Shown: positions 45,497-55,616, counted from the first letter of the stretch. The stretch: DNA of 64,000 nt from an uncultured Clostridia bacterium (GCA_947039455.1 CAMQZB010000001.1:335877-399876); one strand, 5' to 3'. Program-made: numbers and translations. Notes: generated by a model from the sequence alone, not told the origin.

Positions 45497-45763
45497 TTAT
45501 TTCTCCGCATTGAAAAGTTCTTCAATGCTTTGTATACACTTTAATTCGGATTCATGATTTTCACCATTAACTTCATAATCCACTGTTTCGCCAAATGCAA
45601 TCCTAAGTCCTAGTATTGCTAATAAATTTTCACAGTCAGCAATTTTTAAGTCTTTTTTTAAGACCATTTTGCAGTTTTGATTACTTAATATTTCCACTAT
45701 TTCAGAAGCTACTCTTACATGAATTCCAAGTTTTACAAGTATGTTAAATTTCCCTTTAATCAT
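45497..45763 (-). CDS. HPr-family phosphocarrier paralogue (His15 present, Ser46 position not Ser)
   Basis: 88 aa. LGIHVRVAS aligns with the GIHARPA of HPr. The region aligned with KSIMGVMSL reads CENLLAILGL. Confidence 0.65.
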   Translation of the reverse strand: MIKGKFNILVKLGIHVRVASEIVEILSNQNCKMVLKKDLKIADCENLLAILGLRIAFGETVDYEVNGENHESELKCIQSIEELFNAEK

Positions 45764-45779
45764 AGATTGTTACTCCTTA

Positions 45780-47828
45780 CTATTTTTGAAATAAGCTCAT
45801 GATTTCTTGATTGTTTTCACTGTTTTTCAGTATTTCAAGTTTAGTTTTGTTAGTTAAAACATCTGATATATCACCAAGTAAACTTAAATGACTGTTTGAA
45901 TCAGTAGTTGAAATTGCAAAAACTAAATCGCAATATGAGTCTTTATCTCGGCAAAACTGTACTTTATTTTTAAGCTTTAAAAGCACACACCCCACATCTT
46001 TCACAAATTCAGTTGATCTTGAGTGGATTAAAACTATACCGTCATTAACAACCATGTGAGTTTTACTTTCCTCAACTTCTCTTTTCATTTCAGATATATA
46101 TCCGTCTTCAATTTTACCTAATTTTTTTAAAAGCTCCCCAGCTTTTGTAATGGCCTCATCATAATTTTCTACTTCCACAAATTCACAATAGTCTATTGAT
46201 GAATTTGCTTTGTTTTTTCTACTTAATAAGTAATCGGAATTGACATTCAATTCTTTTCCTATATCCTTTATCATACTTTCAATTTGTTGTTGATCATTTA
46301 AATTCTTAGTTAAAATATTGTAAATATTAGTAAGCATTTTATTATCAACAATTCTATTTGGTAGATAATTCTTTAATTCTTGGAAATCATCATTCCCAAA
46401 AAACGAACTTATTTTAACAAAACTTACATTGTTTAAATTCAATTGAATAGTAGAGATTACTAAATCTATATTATATTCTTTAATTGATTCATTAACTTTT
46501 TTCAGCCCACTACATTCATACACATTAGCTTCAAACATGCTTTTTACTTTATCTTTAACCATGCTTGTTAACGTAGAATCAAATGGACATATAATTAATA
46601 CATTCTTTTTAATTCTTTTAAGTTTGTTTTTTTGACGTTCATTTTCAAATATACGATAAAATCTTCCGATGTCATAATCGTTTATTTCTCTTTTCACTAT
46701 CTTCTCTAAACTAGACAGCTCTTCTTTGATAGCAAAGTAAATATTACTTTCTCTATCCATTTCATTCTCAGATATTACAGACGGTTTACTTCTCATGTCA
46801 CCGAAAATTAAATTTATGTATTCTTCAGCTAAAGTTTTAATAATGTTTTTATTAACTTCAACATAGAAATCAATTTTTGAAACTTTTTGTACTAAATTAA
46901 AAGAAACTAACTGTAAGTCAGGAAAATATGCATCTTTCTCTTTTACACTTTCACTAGACTCAATAAATTTGATAATTTGCATTATGTATTTATATTCTTT
47001 TTTACTTTCATGTTCATAAAACATGTCAGTAATCTCTCTTATTTTATCTGGTATATCAAGAATATCATCATTCTCATTAATATAACCAAATGTAAATCTC
47101 TTTTTGCCAAACAGTAATGCTATTGTTGCAAAGACAAATGAGCTATCAGACATATCATTGTTATAATAATCTAAAATCCCAAGTAACGTATTTTGAAACA
47201 CGTCCATGTCAATTCCTTCGAATAATTTATATATCTTATTTGAAAACAGCACTGCTTCACCATCCATAACATAATGGATAAGTTCAATAAAATCTCTAGA
47301 TTCTAATATTGACAAAACTACTTTTGCTACTTGCAATCGCATATCGCATTCATCACCAACAAGTTTAAACCCTGCTACTGACGAACTTAAATAGGTAACG
47401 TCTTTATTAATTAATAAACGTAATTTTTCAAAATCTTTAAATACTGTAGACCTTGACAACTGCAAACGATCACTCTCACCATCTATAAAGATATATTCAC
47501 TTGAAAGCATAAGATTGATTAAGATGTCCATCAATCTAGCTGCTGGAGTATCGTAAAACGTTCCTTCTCGCTCATCAATTATACATTTGAACAATGAGTA
47601 TCGTTTCTCCAATTCCAATTCATAGTTGATACCTTGATTAGATTTTCTATTTAGTATTTCAAAATCGTATTTCAACAAAAAATTATCTATTTCATCTAAA
47701 TCGTATCTTGTAGCTCGTTCTGAAATATCGAATTCTTTTGCTATATTTTTCAGTTTAATACTATTTTTAGATTTTAATAGCATTAATAAAATGTTACAAC
47801 ATCTATTATTTAGCACGATATCCTCCAC
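45780..47828 (-). CDS. LicR/MtlR-type PTS-regulation-domain transcriptional activator (HTH + PRD-like + EIIB-like + EIIA Mtl/Fru-type)
   Basis: 682 aa. N-terminal HTH (...LKNIAKEFDISERATRYDLDEI). Central IICPFDS (EIIB-like Cys). C-terminal EIIA-2-like (...VLIHSRS...). The start is GTG 47828, or GTG 47816 placed 4 nt after GGAGGA. Confidence 0.75.
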   Translation of the reverse strand: MEDIVLNNRCCNILLMLLKSKNSIKLKNIAKEFDISERATRYDLDEIDNFLLKYDFEILNRKSNQGINYELELEKRYSLFKCIIDEREGTFYDTPAARLMDILINLMLSSEYIFIDGESDRLQLSRSTVFKDFEKLRLLINKDVTYLSSSVAGFKLVGDECDMRLQVAKVVLSILESRDFIELIHYVMDGEAVLFSNKIYKLFEGIDMDVFQNTLLGILDYYNNDMSDSSFVFATIALLFGKKRFTFGYINENDDILDIPDKIREITDMFYEHESKKEYKYIMQIIKFIESSESVKEKDAYFPDLQLVSFNLVQKVSKIDFYVEVNKNIIKTLAEEYINLIFGDMRSKPSVISENEMDRESNIYFAIKEELSSLEKIVKREINDYDIGRFYRIFENERQKNKLKRIKKNVLIICPFDSTLTSMVKDKVKSMFEANVYECSGLKKVNESIKEYNIDLVISTIQLNLNNVSFVKISSFFGNDDFQELKNYLPNRIVDNKMLTNIYNILTKNLNDQQQIESMIKDIGKELNVNSDYLLSRKNKANSSIDYCEFVEVENYDEAITKAGELLKKLGKIEDGYISEMKREVEESKTHMVVNDGIVLIHSRSTEFVKDVGCVLLKLKNKVQFCRDKDSYCDLVFAISTTDSNSHLSLLGDISDVLTNKTKLEILKNSENNQEIMSLFQK

Positions 47829-47845
47829 AAAACACTTATGAATTA

Positions 47846-47874
47846 ATTATAATTCATCTTTGACTTTTTTTCAA
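47846..47874 (-). promoter_or_regulatory. Candidate promoter of the PTS regulator gene, overlapping a 20-bp AT palindrome
   Basis: Minus strand: TTGAAA (47874-47869), 17 nt, TATAAT (47851-47846). Palindrome ATGAATTA-ATTA-TAATTCAT at 47838-47857. Confidence 0.4.
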
Positions 47875-47937
47875 TAGTAATTAATTGCAATTTTTATTTG
47901 CAAATTATAATAACTATACCATTTCAGTAAATTATTA

Positions 47938-48210
47938 CTATTCTCCGCAACCACTTAATACTAGTGCAACCAAAGAATCAACAGCAATCATTTCATCATC
48001 ACCACTTCCAGTTATAACAATTTCCTCTCCAGCTTTTATACATAAACTCATTACACCAAGCAATGATTTTGCATTCTTTTGATTAGTCTCGTTGCCAACT
48101 TTAGCGATTTTGATATCTGACGTATATTTCATTGCCAGTGTTACAAAATTTGATGCTGGGCGTGCGTGAATTCCTGTTGCATTAGACACTAAAACTATTT
48201 TACTATTCAT
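47938..48210 (-). CDS. ptsH: Phosphocarrier protein HPr
   Basis: 90 aa from ATG 48210 (SD AAGGAG). TGIHARPAS (His15) and NAKSLLGVMSL (Ser46) are both present. Confidence 0.85.
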   Translation of the reverse strand: MNSKIVLVSNATGIHARPASNFVTLAMKYTSDIKIAKVGNETNQKNAKSLLGVMSLCIKAGEEIVITGSGDDEMIAVDSLVALVLSGCGE

Positions 48211-48264
48211 AACTATGCTCCTTTTTATCAATCTTGTTTAAGATCAATTTCTCTTTCTAATATA

Positions 48265-48292
48265 ATTATATATCTAAATTCCCATTTGTCAA
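48265..48292 (-). promoter_or_regulatory. Promoter of ptsH
   Basis: Minus strand: TTGACA (48292-48287), 16 nt, TATAAT (48270-48265). Confidence 0.5.
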
Positions 48293-48444
48293 TATTTAAT
48301 TGTTGCATATTTTTTATGACAAAATGACATTATTTACTATTTCCTCCAGTTTATTCATGATATATTTCTCTATTTATCAATTCAATAAGAACATATTATA
48401 CCATATTTTAGCATTTCTAACTCTAGCAAATAGACTTCTATATT

Positions 48445-48477
48445 AAAAAAAAAGTTAACAACAGATTGTCGTTAACT
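48445..48477 (-). terminator. Terminator after the PepSY gene
   Basis: Stem AGTTAACAAC / GTCGTTAACT (1 mismatch) followed by U9 on the minus-strand transcript. Confidence 0.6.
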
Positions 48478-48537
48478 CTTTCATATTATATTTTTTCTAA
48501 ATAATTAATAAATTACTTCAATTGTTAAGAATGTAAT

Positions 48538-49344
48538 TTAGTTATCCATTTCCACTTCTTGTTCATTTATCGCTCCAGTAATGGCATTAATTGAGTATTG
48601 ATATTCCAAAGCTCCTACTCTAAATTCAACTTCATATTCACCTATCCAATTTTCATAATCAAATTCACAAAAAATATATACTACTTCGTCAGCCTTTATA
48701 CCTGCACTATTTAACGCAATAGTTTTTGCTTTTTCTGGACTAATATAGTTTTTATTATCAGTTGTAGGTGCTGTAGTTATAGTATTGTTTTTTGAATCTA
48801 CTTCATACTCTAAAACACTACCTGTTGTTGCGTCGATATCAAAATTATATTCAACTGAATTGCTCCAAAGCGTCACTTCATACTTCCAAACGAAATCGTC
48901 TCTTTCTAATTTGCAAAAAACATAATCAATATCAGCTTCTTTCAAATTCGCTTTGCTATACGCAATATCTTTTGCTTTTGCTTCGCCAATGTAGCTTGCA
49001 GTATCAATTGGTTTAGGTAGTTTAATTCCTAATCTTCCACCTTCATAATCATATTGAACTAAGTTTCCAGTAGTTGCATCAATTTCATAATCATATTCCA
49101 CACCACCTTTTCTAAATGAAACATCATACTCAGCATAGCCATCTTCATAATCTAAATTACAACGTACACGTGTTACTTCATTTTCACTAAAACCAGCATT
49201 CGATAATGCACGTGCTTTTGCACTTTCTTTACCAATATAGTTTCCGTTTGGAACTCTCATTGCTATACTAATAGCTGTTATTGCAATTGCTACAGCTAAA
49301 ACCGCCACGCCTGAAATTATAAATAATAATTTTTTGTTTTTCAT
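48538..49344 (-). CDS. Membrane-anchored protein with three tandem PepSY-pair modules
   Basis: 268 aa. N-terminal TM. Three ~75-aa repeats of the form YIG/S..KAK.IAL..AG......V....E.D.....YEV.F....EY.Y.IDA.TG. Confidence 0.8.
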   Translation of the reverse strand: MKNKKLLFIISGVAVLAVAIAITAISIAMRVPNGNYIGKESAKARALSNAGFSENEVTRVRCNLDYEDGYAEYDVSFRKGGVEYDYEIDATTGNLVQYDYEGGRLGIKLPKPIDTASYIGEAKAKDIAYSKANLKEADIDYVFCKLERDDFVWKYEVTLWSNSVEYNFDIDATTGSVLEYEVDSKNNTITTAPTTDNKNYISPEKAKTIALNSAGIKADEVVYIFCEFDYENWIGEYEVEFRVGALEYQYSINAITGAINEQEVEMDN

Positions 49345-49485
49345 AATAAATTCTCCTTTGTTTTAAGTTTGCTGTTTATTATTAATTGTGGAAATTGTTA
49401 CCACTAGTTGATTTTTCAGCTAAACTACTTTCTATTATGCTATTATTTTACAACACAAAGATTAAAGTAACATTAAAAGATTAAT

Positions 49486-50835
49486 TTATTTTTTAAATTT
49501 TACAGTAAAACAACTTCCTATATTTAATTCGCTTTTTACATTTATATTCGCACCATGAATTTCTGCGATTTGCTTAGTCATAAACAGACCTAAACCCATG
49601 CTTCCATTTTGCTCCGCAGTTCTTGATGGATTAACTTGATAAAATCTTTGCCATATTTTATCTTGTGTATGTTTTGAAATTCCTATTCCATTGTCTTCAA
49701 CTGTCAAAATGATTTCATCGTGATTTTCTAGTAATTTAACATTGACAGTTCCCTGTTCACGGTTGTATTTGAATGCATTATTTATCAAATTCGTTATAAG
49801 CCTTATAATCATTGATTGATCTAGATTCATATTAATATTTGATTCTATATCATAGCTAAATTTAATATTTGAAGGCGCTATTACAGTTTCTTCTTCACAT
49901 ATATTTGTTAACAATTCACTAAGATTTGTCATTTGAAAATCTGCTTTCTCAATTCCTCGATCTAATCTATTTATATTTAATAAGTCAGATATTAGTTTAG
50001 ACATTTTGAACGCTTGTCTTTGAATTACTTCAAGAGCTTCGTCCTTGTCATTATCAGTTGACTTGTTTCCCCTTGCATACTCACACTGAGCTAAAATAAC
50101 TGCTGTTGGTGTCCTAAGTTCGTGTGATGCGTCAGAAGAAAATTGCTTTTCACTCTCAAATGAGCTTTCTAATTTATCAAACATTTTATCAAAAGTATTA
50201 GCTAATTTGTGAACTTCGTCATTGCCTTTACCTAATTTAATTCGTAGTGAAAGGTCTTCGCTTTCGCTAATTTCTTTTGATATATCTATTATTTTATCTA
50301 TTGGTTTCATTGCACGTTTAGTAATATAATAACAACCTAATGTTGCTAAAAATATAAGTATTGGTGATAATATTAATGCTACTATCAAAAGTGTGTTTAC
50401 TACGTTTGCAACTTCATTAATTTCAATCATTCCACGTATCCAAATATTTTCATAACCTCTTATATAAATTAATTTATCATAAATATAATATTCAGTCCCA
50501 TCAAGATTAACAGTTTTTATAGCCGTTTCCGACAATTTTTCAGTGAAATGAACGTCATTTGGTGGGTTCCCATACAACAGTGTTCCATCAAGGTTAAGCA
50601 ACATGGTATATACGCCTTTTTCAAAAAAAACAACCTCTTCTATCTCTAATACTCCATCTTCAAAATCTACTTCATCGGCATTTTCGTTTACTACTCTTGT
50701 AAGTTGTTTTTTGCCATTTACTTCAATTATTGAAGTGGTAATAGTCATCATAAACCCTAAAACCAATGTTACCATCAATATCATAAGGAATGCATTCCAT
50801 AACGTAATTTTAAATTTTATAGATAATTTTTTCAT
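49486..50835 (-). CDS. Sensor histidine kinase (2 TM, HAMP, HisKA, HATPase_c)
   Basis: 449 aa. H-box FSSDASHELRTP. N, G1 and G2 boxes (NLINNAFKY, DNGIGI, GLGLFM). Confidence 0.9.
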   Translation of the reverse strand: MKKLSIKFKITLWNAFLMILMVTLVLGFMMTITTSIIEVNGKKQLTRVVNENADEVDFEDGVLEIEEVVFFEKGVYTMLLNLDGTLLYGNPPNDVHFTEKLSETAIKTVNLDGTEYYIYDKLIYIRGYENIWIRGMIEINEVANVVNTLLIVALILSPILIFLATLGCYYITKRAMKPIDKIIDISKEISESEDLSLRIKLGKGNDEVHKLANTFDKMFDKLESSFESEKQFSSDASHELRTPTAVILAQCEYARGNKSTDNDKDEALEVIQRQAFKMSKLISDLLNINRLDRGIEKADFQMTNLSELLTNICEEETVIAPSNIKFSYDIESNINMNLDQSMIIRLITNLINNAFKYNREQGTVNVKLLENHDEIILTVEDNGIGISKHTQDKIWQRFYQVNPSRTAEQNGSMGLGLFMTKQIAEIHGANINVKSELNIGSCFTVKFKK

Positions 50836-51506
50836 AATTCTTCCCTTATTACATATCCGCTTCCCCTAACAGTATGAATTAACTTTTTATCATAATCGTT
50901 GTCAATTTTCTTTCTAAGATAACGAATATAAACATCTATAACATTTGATGATCCTTCATAATCATAACTCCATATGTGGTTTTCAATTTTTTCGCGTGTT
51001 AAAACTACCCCTGCATTGTACATCATATATTCTAGTACGGTATACTCTTTAGCGGATAAATTAATTATGTCATTTCCCCTTTTTACAATATGAGAACTGC
51101 AATCAATCGATAAATCGCCTACTGATAAAACATTTGTTATATCACCAGATTTTTCACGTGTCATTACTCGAATTCGCGCCATCAATTCTTCAAAGGAAAA
51201 TGGTTTTACAAGATAATCATTTGCACCAATATCTAATCCCTTTACTCTATCAGCTACAGTATCCCTTGCTGTTAAAAATATTACTGGTGTATTAATTCCT
51301 TTTGCACGCATTTCTGCAACTACTGTGAAACCATCTTTTTTCGGCATCATTATGTCTAATATTATTACATCATAGTCAGTTAATTCTATAAAGCTTAATG
51401 CTTCTTCTCCATCAAAACAACTATCCGTACCGTACCCTTCGGATGTCAATTTCTTTTTAATTATGTTATTCATATCTCTTTCATCTTCTGCTATTAGCAC
51501 TCTCAT
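50832..51506 (-). CDS. OmpR/PhoB-family response regulator
   Basis: MRVLIAEDE...DVIILDIMMP (receiver domain). C-terminal winged helix (...IHTVRGSGYVI). ATG 51506 preferred over GTG 51512. Confidence 0.9.
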   Translation of the reverse strand: MRVLIAEDERDMNNIIKKKLTSEGYGTDSCFDGEEALSFIELTDYDVIILDIMMPKKDGFTVVAEMRAKGINTPVIFLTARDTVADRVKGLDIGANDYLVKPFSFEELMARIRVMTREKSGDITNVLSVGDLSIDCSSHIVKRGNDIINLSAKEYTVLEYMMYNAGVVLTREKIENHIWSYDYEGSSNVIDVYIRYLRKKIDNDYDKKLIHTVRGSGYVIREEL

Positions 51507-51578
51507 AATCACACCTCTCTTTCTATTATTACCATCTTCTATTATAACTTTCCAACATTAAAACTAGATTAAATTATA

Positions 51579-52196
51579 CTACTCTAAGTCTTCTGACTTC
51601 ACAACTCTTAATTCTGGATAAAAATATACTACTTCTTCGCCAATAGTAATGTGATAATCTTCGTCTAATTTGTCATAAACAAAAAGGCTTTCACTAAACC
51701 GATCATTTGTAAAGCTTGTACCGCTATTACCATATGAATCTATAATTTCTACATCTTCAAAATCCCATAAATTAATTCTAATCATATGCTTTCCAGAAAT
51801 ATTTTTATAGGATAACATATGAAGCTTACTGTCAACACTCACAGTCACGTGTTGAGTATTTCCAGGGCCTCCTAAAACTTTACAATATTGTCCATTCACT
51901 ATAAAGAAGCTATCAATATATGTTAAATTTTCATATATAGGATCATCATCTTCCTTCAGCAAATAATATACATAAACGACGTCATTAACCTCTACCGTTT
52001 CCAGCATTTTCATGTTATCAATATCTTCTCCATAGGCATCTTCAATACTGGCATATGGATTCTCAAAATCAACATACAATTCATCTGGTTCATGAAATTT
52101 ATCCATAATAAATGATATTGCCAAAGACGCAACAGTTATCAGCCCTACTATAAGAACTATTTTATCTAATCTTGTCATTTTTTTAAATATTTTCAT
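51579..52196 (-). CDS. Hypothetical membrane-anchored protein
   Basis: 205 aa. One N-terminal TM. Acidic extracytoplasmic domain, no family recognised. Confidence 0.5.
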   Translation of the reverse strand: MKIFKKMTRLDKIVLIVGLITVASLAISFIMDKFHEPDELYVDFENPYASIEDAYGEDIDNMKMLETVEVNDVVYVYYLLKEDDDPIYENLTYIDSFFIVNGQYCKVLGGPGNTQHVTVSVDSKLHMLSYKNISGKHMIRINLWDFEDVEIIDSYGNSGTSFTNDRFSESLFVYDKLDEDYHITIGEEVVYFYPELRVVKSEDLE

Positions 52197-52227
52197 TTTA
52201 TCTCCTATGCAATTTAAATTCAGTACT

Positions 52228-52580
52228 CTATTTAAACAATGTTGCGTTTGAGTCTGATGGAGCTTCCTTTCGGTTAGTATTTGTGTATTCTCGTAGCGAT
52301 TTTGTAACAGTAATTTTATAACTTTCGAACAATTTCTCTTTGCCTTCTAGTTGGCACATTTTTGATCTATAACCTTTCGCCATTTTGTAACTGCTTCTTC
52401 ATTTTCCCATAGGTTCATTGAAAGCAATTTACCTTCATCGGTTAAGCTTTGAAATCTTTCCGCTGATATAAAGCCTTCAAATCCAGCAAGCATTGGTTTT
52501 AGCTGTGCTGCTAATTCAAGATATCTTTTCATTCCGTCTTTTGTTGGTGTTACTTCAAATAATACGATTATTTTACTCAT
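52228..52580 (-). pseudogene. Antibiotic-biosynthesis-monooxygenase (ABM) domain gene interrupted by a -1 frameshift in an A5 run
   Basis: The 77-aa ORF ends ...WENEEAVTKWRKVIDQKCAN*. The adjacent frame continues MCQLEGKEKLFESYKITVTKSLREYT... to stop 52228, which fits the usual ABM C-terminus. The shift maps to T5 at 52359-52363 (A5 on the coding strand). Confidence 0.55.
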
Positions 52581-53051
52581 TTAGTTGTTATCCTTTTTAC
52601 TTTTATACTCTAAATCAATCATGGCTTTTTTCATTTCAAGTCCCCCTGCATACCCTACAAGCTTTCCGTTCGCTCCAATTACTCTGTGACAAGGAACTGA
52701 AATAGTTATTGGATTTTTATTGTTTGCCATTCCTACCGCACGACTAGCTTTTGGGTTACCTATAGCTGTTGCAATGTCTTTATATGTACAAGTTTCGCCA
52801 TAGGGAATTGCACAAAGAGCTTTCCATACTTTTTTTTGAAACTCTGTACCACATAATTCATACGGAAAATCAAAATTTTCTCGTTTTCCATCAAAATATT
52901 CTCTCACTTGTAAAAACACCATATCAGATAACGGTGACAATTCATTTTTTTCATCAATATTATCTACTCTTTTTAAGAAAGTTACAACTTTATTAGTGTA
53001 TGCAATTTTTAAAACACCAAATTCAAAATTATAAAAAGCATATCTATTCAT
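52581..53051 (-). CDS. ogt: Methylated-DNA-protein-cysteine methyltransferase
   Basis: 156 aa. Active site PCHRVIG. YGETCTYKDIA and NKNPITISVPCHRV. Confidence 0.9.
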   Translation of the reverse strand: MNRYAFYNFEFGVLKIAYTNKVVTFLKRVDNIDEKNELSPLSDMVFLQVREYFDGKRENFDFPYELCGTEFQKKVWKALCAIPYGETCTYKDIATAIGNPKASRAVGMANNKNPITISVPCHRVIGANGKLVGYAGGLEMKKAMIDLEYKSKKDNN

Positions 53052-53128
53052 AAAATCCCCCTTTTGACTTCCTCTAAAAACACATTGATGCTTTTACTAT
53101 TTTATCAAGACTGTTATATTTTTCTAAT

Positions 53129-53157
53129 ATTATACCATACACACTATTATTAGTCAA
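53129..53157 (-). promoter_or_regulatory. Promoter of ogt
   Basis: Minus strand: TTGACT (53157-53152), 17 nt, TGGTATAAT (-10 at 53134-53129). Confidence 0.5.
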
Positions 53158-53205
53158 TAAAGGCGTATTTAGCAATTACAAACTAATGAAATTAATTAAA
53201 TATAT

Positions 53206-53244
53206 AAAAAAAAGACCTAAGTATTAGCAGAGTGCTTTCCTTAT
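53206..53244 (-). terminator. Terminator after the phn/metallophosphoesterase operon
   Basis: Minus strand: AAGACATAAGG...CTTAGGTCTT imperfect stem followed by U8. Confidence 0.5.
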
Positions 53245-53277
53245 GTCTTTTTATATATTTTGAAATGTTATTAAACC

Positions 53278-54795
53278 TTATGTTATTACTAAAAAATTAC
53301 CTTTTTCAGGTATTCTAGCAATGGCATTTTTAGATATTTTCGCTATTAATAATTCTTGAATTTCTATTGGATACTGCACTTTTTCAATGCACTCTTTAAA
53401 CATATCATAACCGCCAGTTCCAGTTGATCGATAGTTACTCATTGCAACAACGTATTCTTTGGAAAGATCTAGTTCTTTGCCGTTTTTTGATAGGTTTACA
53501 ACTCTATTTCCAATTGTTTTGCTTACATCAAATGTGTAGTCAAAACCATAGTAGAAATCATAGTTGTACAACTCCAATTTAGTTTCTGTGTATTTTTTGT
53601 TTACTGAAATAACATTGCTGTCAAAACTAAAATATGTTGCTACTTGTTCAAGTGCTTCTTTTAGTATTTTTCCAGTAATTTTTATTGTTGAAATTGTATT
53701 TACAAATGGATAACAACACACTATATCTCTAATTGAAACAGTTTTATTCAAAGGATATGGTACGTTCATCAATGAGCAACATGCGAAATCGGCTTTTGTT
53801 GCTTCAAGTATTGCATTATTGCAAAAATCAGCAAATCTCCACCCGTTTTTCATTAATGTTAACACATCAGTTTCCAACATACTTTCGCTTAATTCACCTA
53901 CTGGCGTATCAAGCCACTTTTCAACATTTTTTTGAATTTCATCATATTTATTCATATCAAAATTAACCTTTGAATTTGCATTTGCCATGATTGTTTTTGA
54001 AGATATTATAATGTTATTTTCAGCTTTTTCAATATTGATTTCAGCACAATTAGTACAATTTGCTGGCACTTGTAAAGTATAGCTGTTGTACAATTTTCTG
54101 CCTTTAATTTCATTGTGTTGGTGTCCTGTTAGCACTAAATCATAATTCAGTTCTCTACAGATTTTTACGCCTACATTTTCACTTCCACTATCAACTTCAT
54201 CAAGGCGTTCTAAATTAGATTCAAAACCACCGTGGTAAACAAGAACCGTTACATCACATTTGTTTTTAATTTCGTGAAAGGTTTTTTCTATTGATAAAAA
54301 AGTGTCATTTACTGTAATCTCAGTTAAATGGTCCTTATCTTCCCACACATTAACATAGTCAGTTACTGCGCCAACAATACCGATTTTAAGACCGTTTTCC
54401 ATGGTTTTGATAACGTATGGAGAAAGGTTTAATTCACCACGTTTATCAACAACATTGCAACTTAAAACATCAGCATTTAGACCATTTACATATTCCATTA
54501 GTCTATCATAACCAAAATTGAAATCATGATTTCCAAGAGAAACTACATCATAGCCTACGTCATTCATAGCATCTGAAAACACTTTTGTATGTTCAGTATT
54601 TTTGTTAACAAAACTAGCAAATGGACTGCCCTGAAGCATATCTCCACCATCGATTATTAGTGTATTTTCGCCTTTTTTAAATTGACTACATACGCTAAAC
54701 AAACCCATGTTAGATTTTTCGCTAGATAAGTAATTAGTTGGGAAAAAATACGAATGTATATCAGAAGTATAATATATTTTAATTGTTTTTCCCAT
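53278..54795 (-). CDS. Bifunctional metallophosphatase/5'-nucleotidase family protein (no signal peptide)
   Basis: 505 aa. YTSDIHS, GGDMLQGSP, GNHDFNFG, GHQH metallophosphoesterase motifs + a 5'-nucleotidase C-terminal-like half. Confidence 0.8.
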   Translation of the reverse strand: MGKTIKIYYTSDIHSYFFPTNYLSSEKSNMGLFSVCSQFKKGENTLIIDGGDMLQGSPFASFVNKNTEHTKVFSDAMNDVGYDVVSLGNHDFNFGYDRLMEYVNGLNADVLSCNVVDKRGELNLSPYVIKTMENGLKIGIVGAVTDYVNVWEDKDHLTEITVNDTFLSIEKTFHEIKNKCDVTVLVYHGGFESNLERLDEVDSGSENVGVKICRELNYDLVLTGHQHNEIKGRKLYNSYTLQVPANCTNCAEINIEKAENNIIISSKTIMANANSKVNFDMNKYDEIQKNVEKWLDTPVGELSESMLETDVLTLMKNGWRFADFCNNAILEATKADFACCSLMNVPYPLNKTVSIRDIVCCYPFVNTISTIKITGKILKEALEQVATYFSFDSNVISVNKKYTETKLELYNYDFYYGFDYTFDVSKTIGNRVVNLSKNGKELDLSKEYVVAMSNYRSTGTGGYDMFKECIEKVQYPIEIQELLIAKISKNAIARIPEKGNFLVIT

Positions 54796-54796
54796 T

Positions 54797-55606
54797 CTAT
54801 CCTCTTGTTAACTTGTTTCTAATTTTTGATGATCCAACTTCTACTAATAGCACCAAAACAATCAGTCCAATCAAGATTGCACCAACTTGACTCCATTTAT
54901 ATGAGTTCATTGCGAAAATCAAAGGTGCACCAATACCACCTGCTCCAACTAGTCCAAGAACTGTTGCGTCACGTAGATTCATATCAAATCTGTAGATAAT
55001 TGTTGATGCAAAATCAGGCAAAAGTTGAGGTATTATTCCGTGTCTGATTTTTTGGAAAGTTGTACACCCCATTGCGTCAAGTGCTTCTAATATTCCTGTA
55101 TCAAGGTCTTCGATTGTTTCAATATACATTTTTGAAACCATTCCCACTGAGCAAAAACTCATTGTTAATAATCCTGCAAATGGACCCGGTCCAGTTACAC
55201 GAATAAACATCAATCCATAGATAAATGCAGGGATTGTTCTTATTAACATTGTGAAAACTCGACCTATCATTGCTACTGGTTTTGGTACTAGATTTGTTGC
55301 ACTTAAAAATGCGATTGGTACAGATATTACTGCGCCCACTATTGTTCCTAAAAATGCAATTGAAATTGTTTCTAAAAGCAAATATGGAACTCCTTGTGGT
55401 GTTAAATTAAATAAAAATCCTAAATCTGGAGTAAAAATACCTTTTACTATATTAAGTGCCATCGAAGCACCCGCTGACGTGTAACCGCCTAAATCAATAC
55501 AACTTGCTGACCAGGCTAATATTATCATTAACGTAATTAATATAATAATTTGACCAATCCATGAGTTATTTTTTTTGTTTAATTGTTCATTTATTCTCTT
55601 ATTCAT
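54797..55606 (-). CDS. phnE: Phosphonate-type ABC transporter permease
   Basis: 269 aa. ETISIAFLGTIVGAV..., EALDAMGCTTFQKIRHGIIPQL (EAA loop) are typical of PhnE. Confidence 0.85.
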   Translation of the reverse strand: MNKRINEQLNKKNNSWIGQIIILITLMIILAWSASCIDLGGYTSAGASMALNIVKGIFTPDLGFLFNLTPQGVPYLLLETISIAFLGTIVGAVISVPIAFLSATNLVPKPVAMIGRVFTMLIRTIPAFIYGLMFIRVTGPGPFAGLLTMSFCSVGMVSKMYIETIEDLDTGILEALDAMGCTTFQKIRHGIIPQLLPDFASTIIYRFDMNLRDATVLGLVGAGGIGAPLIFAMNSYKWSQVGAILIGLIVLVLLVEVGSSKIRNKLTRG

Positions 55607-55616
55607 AAAAACATCC

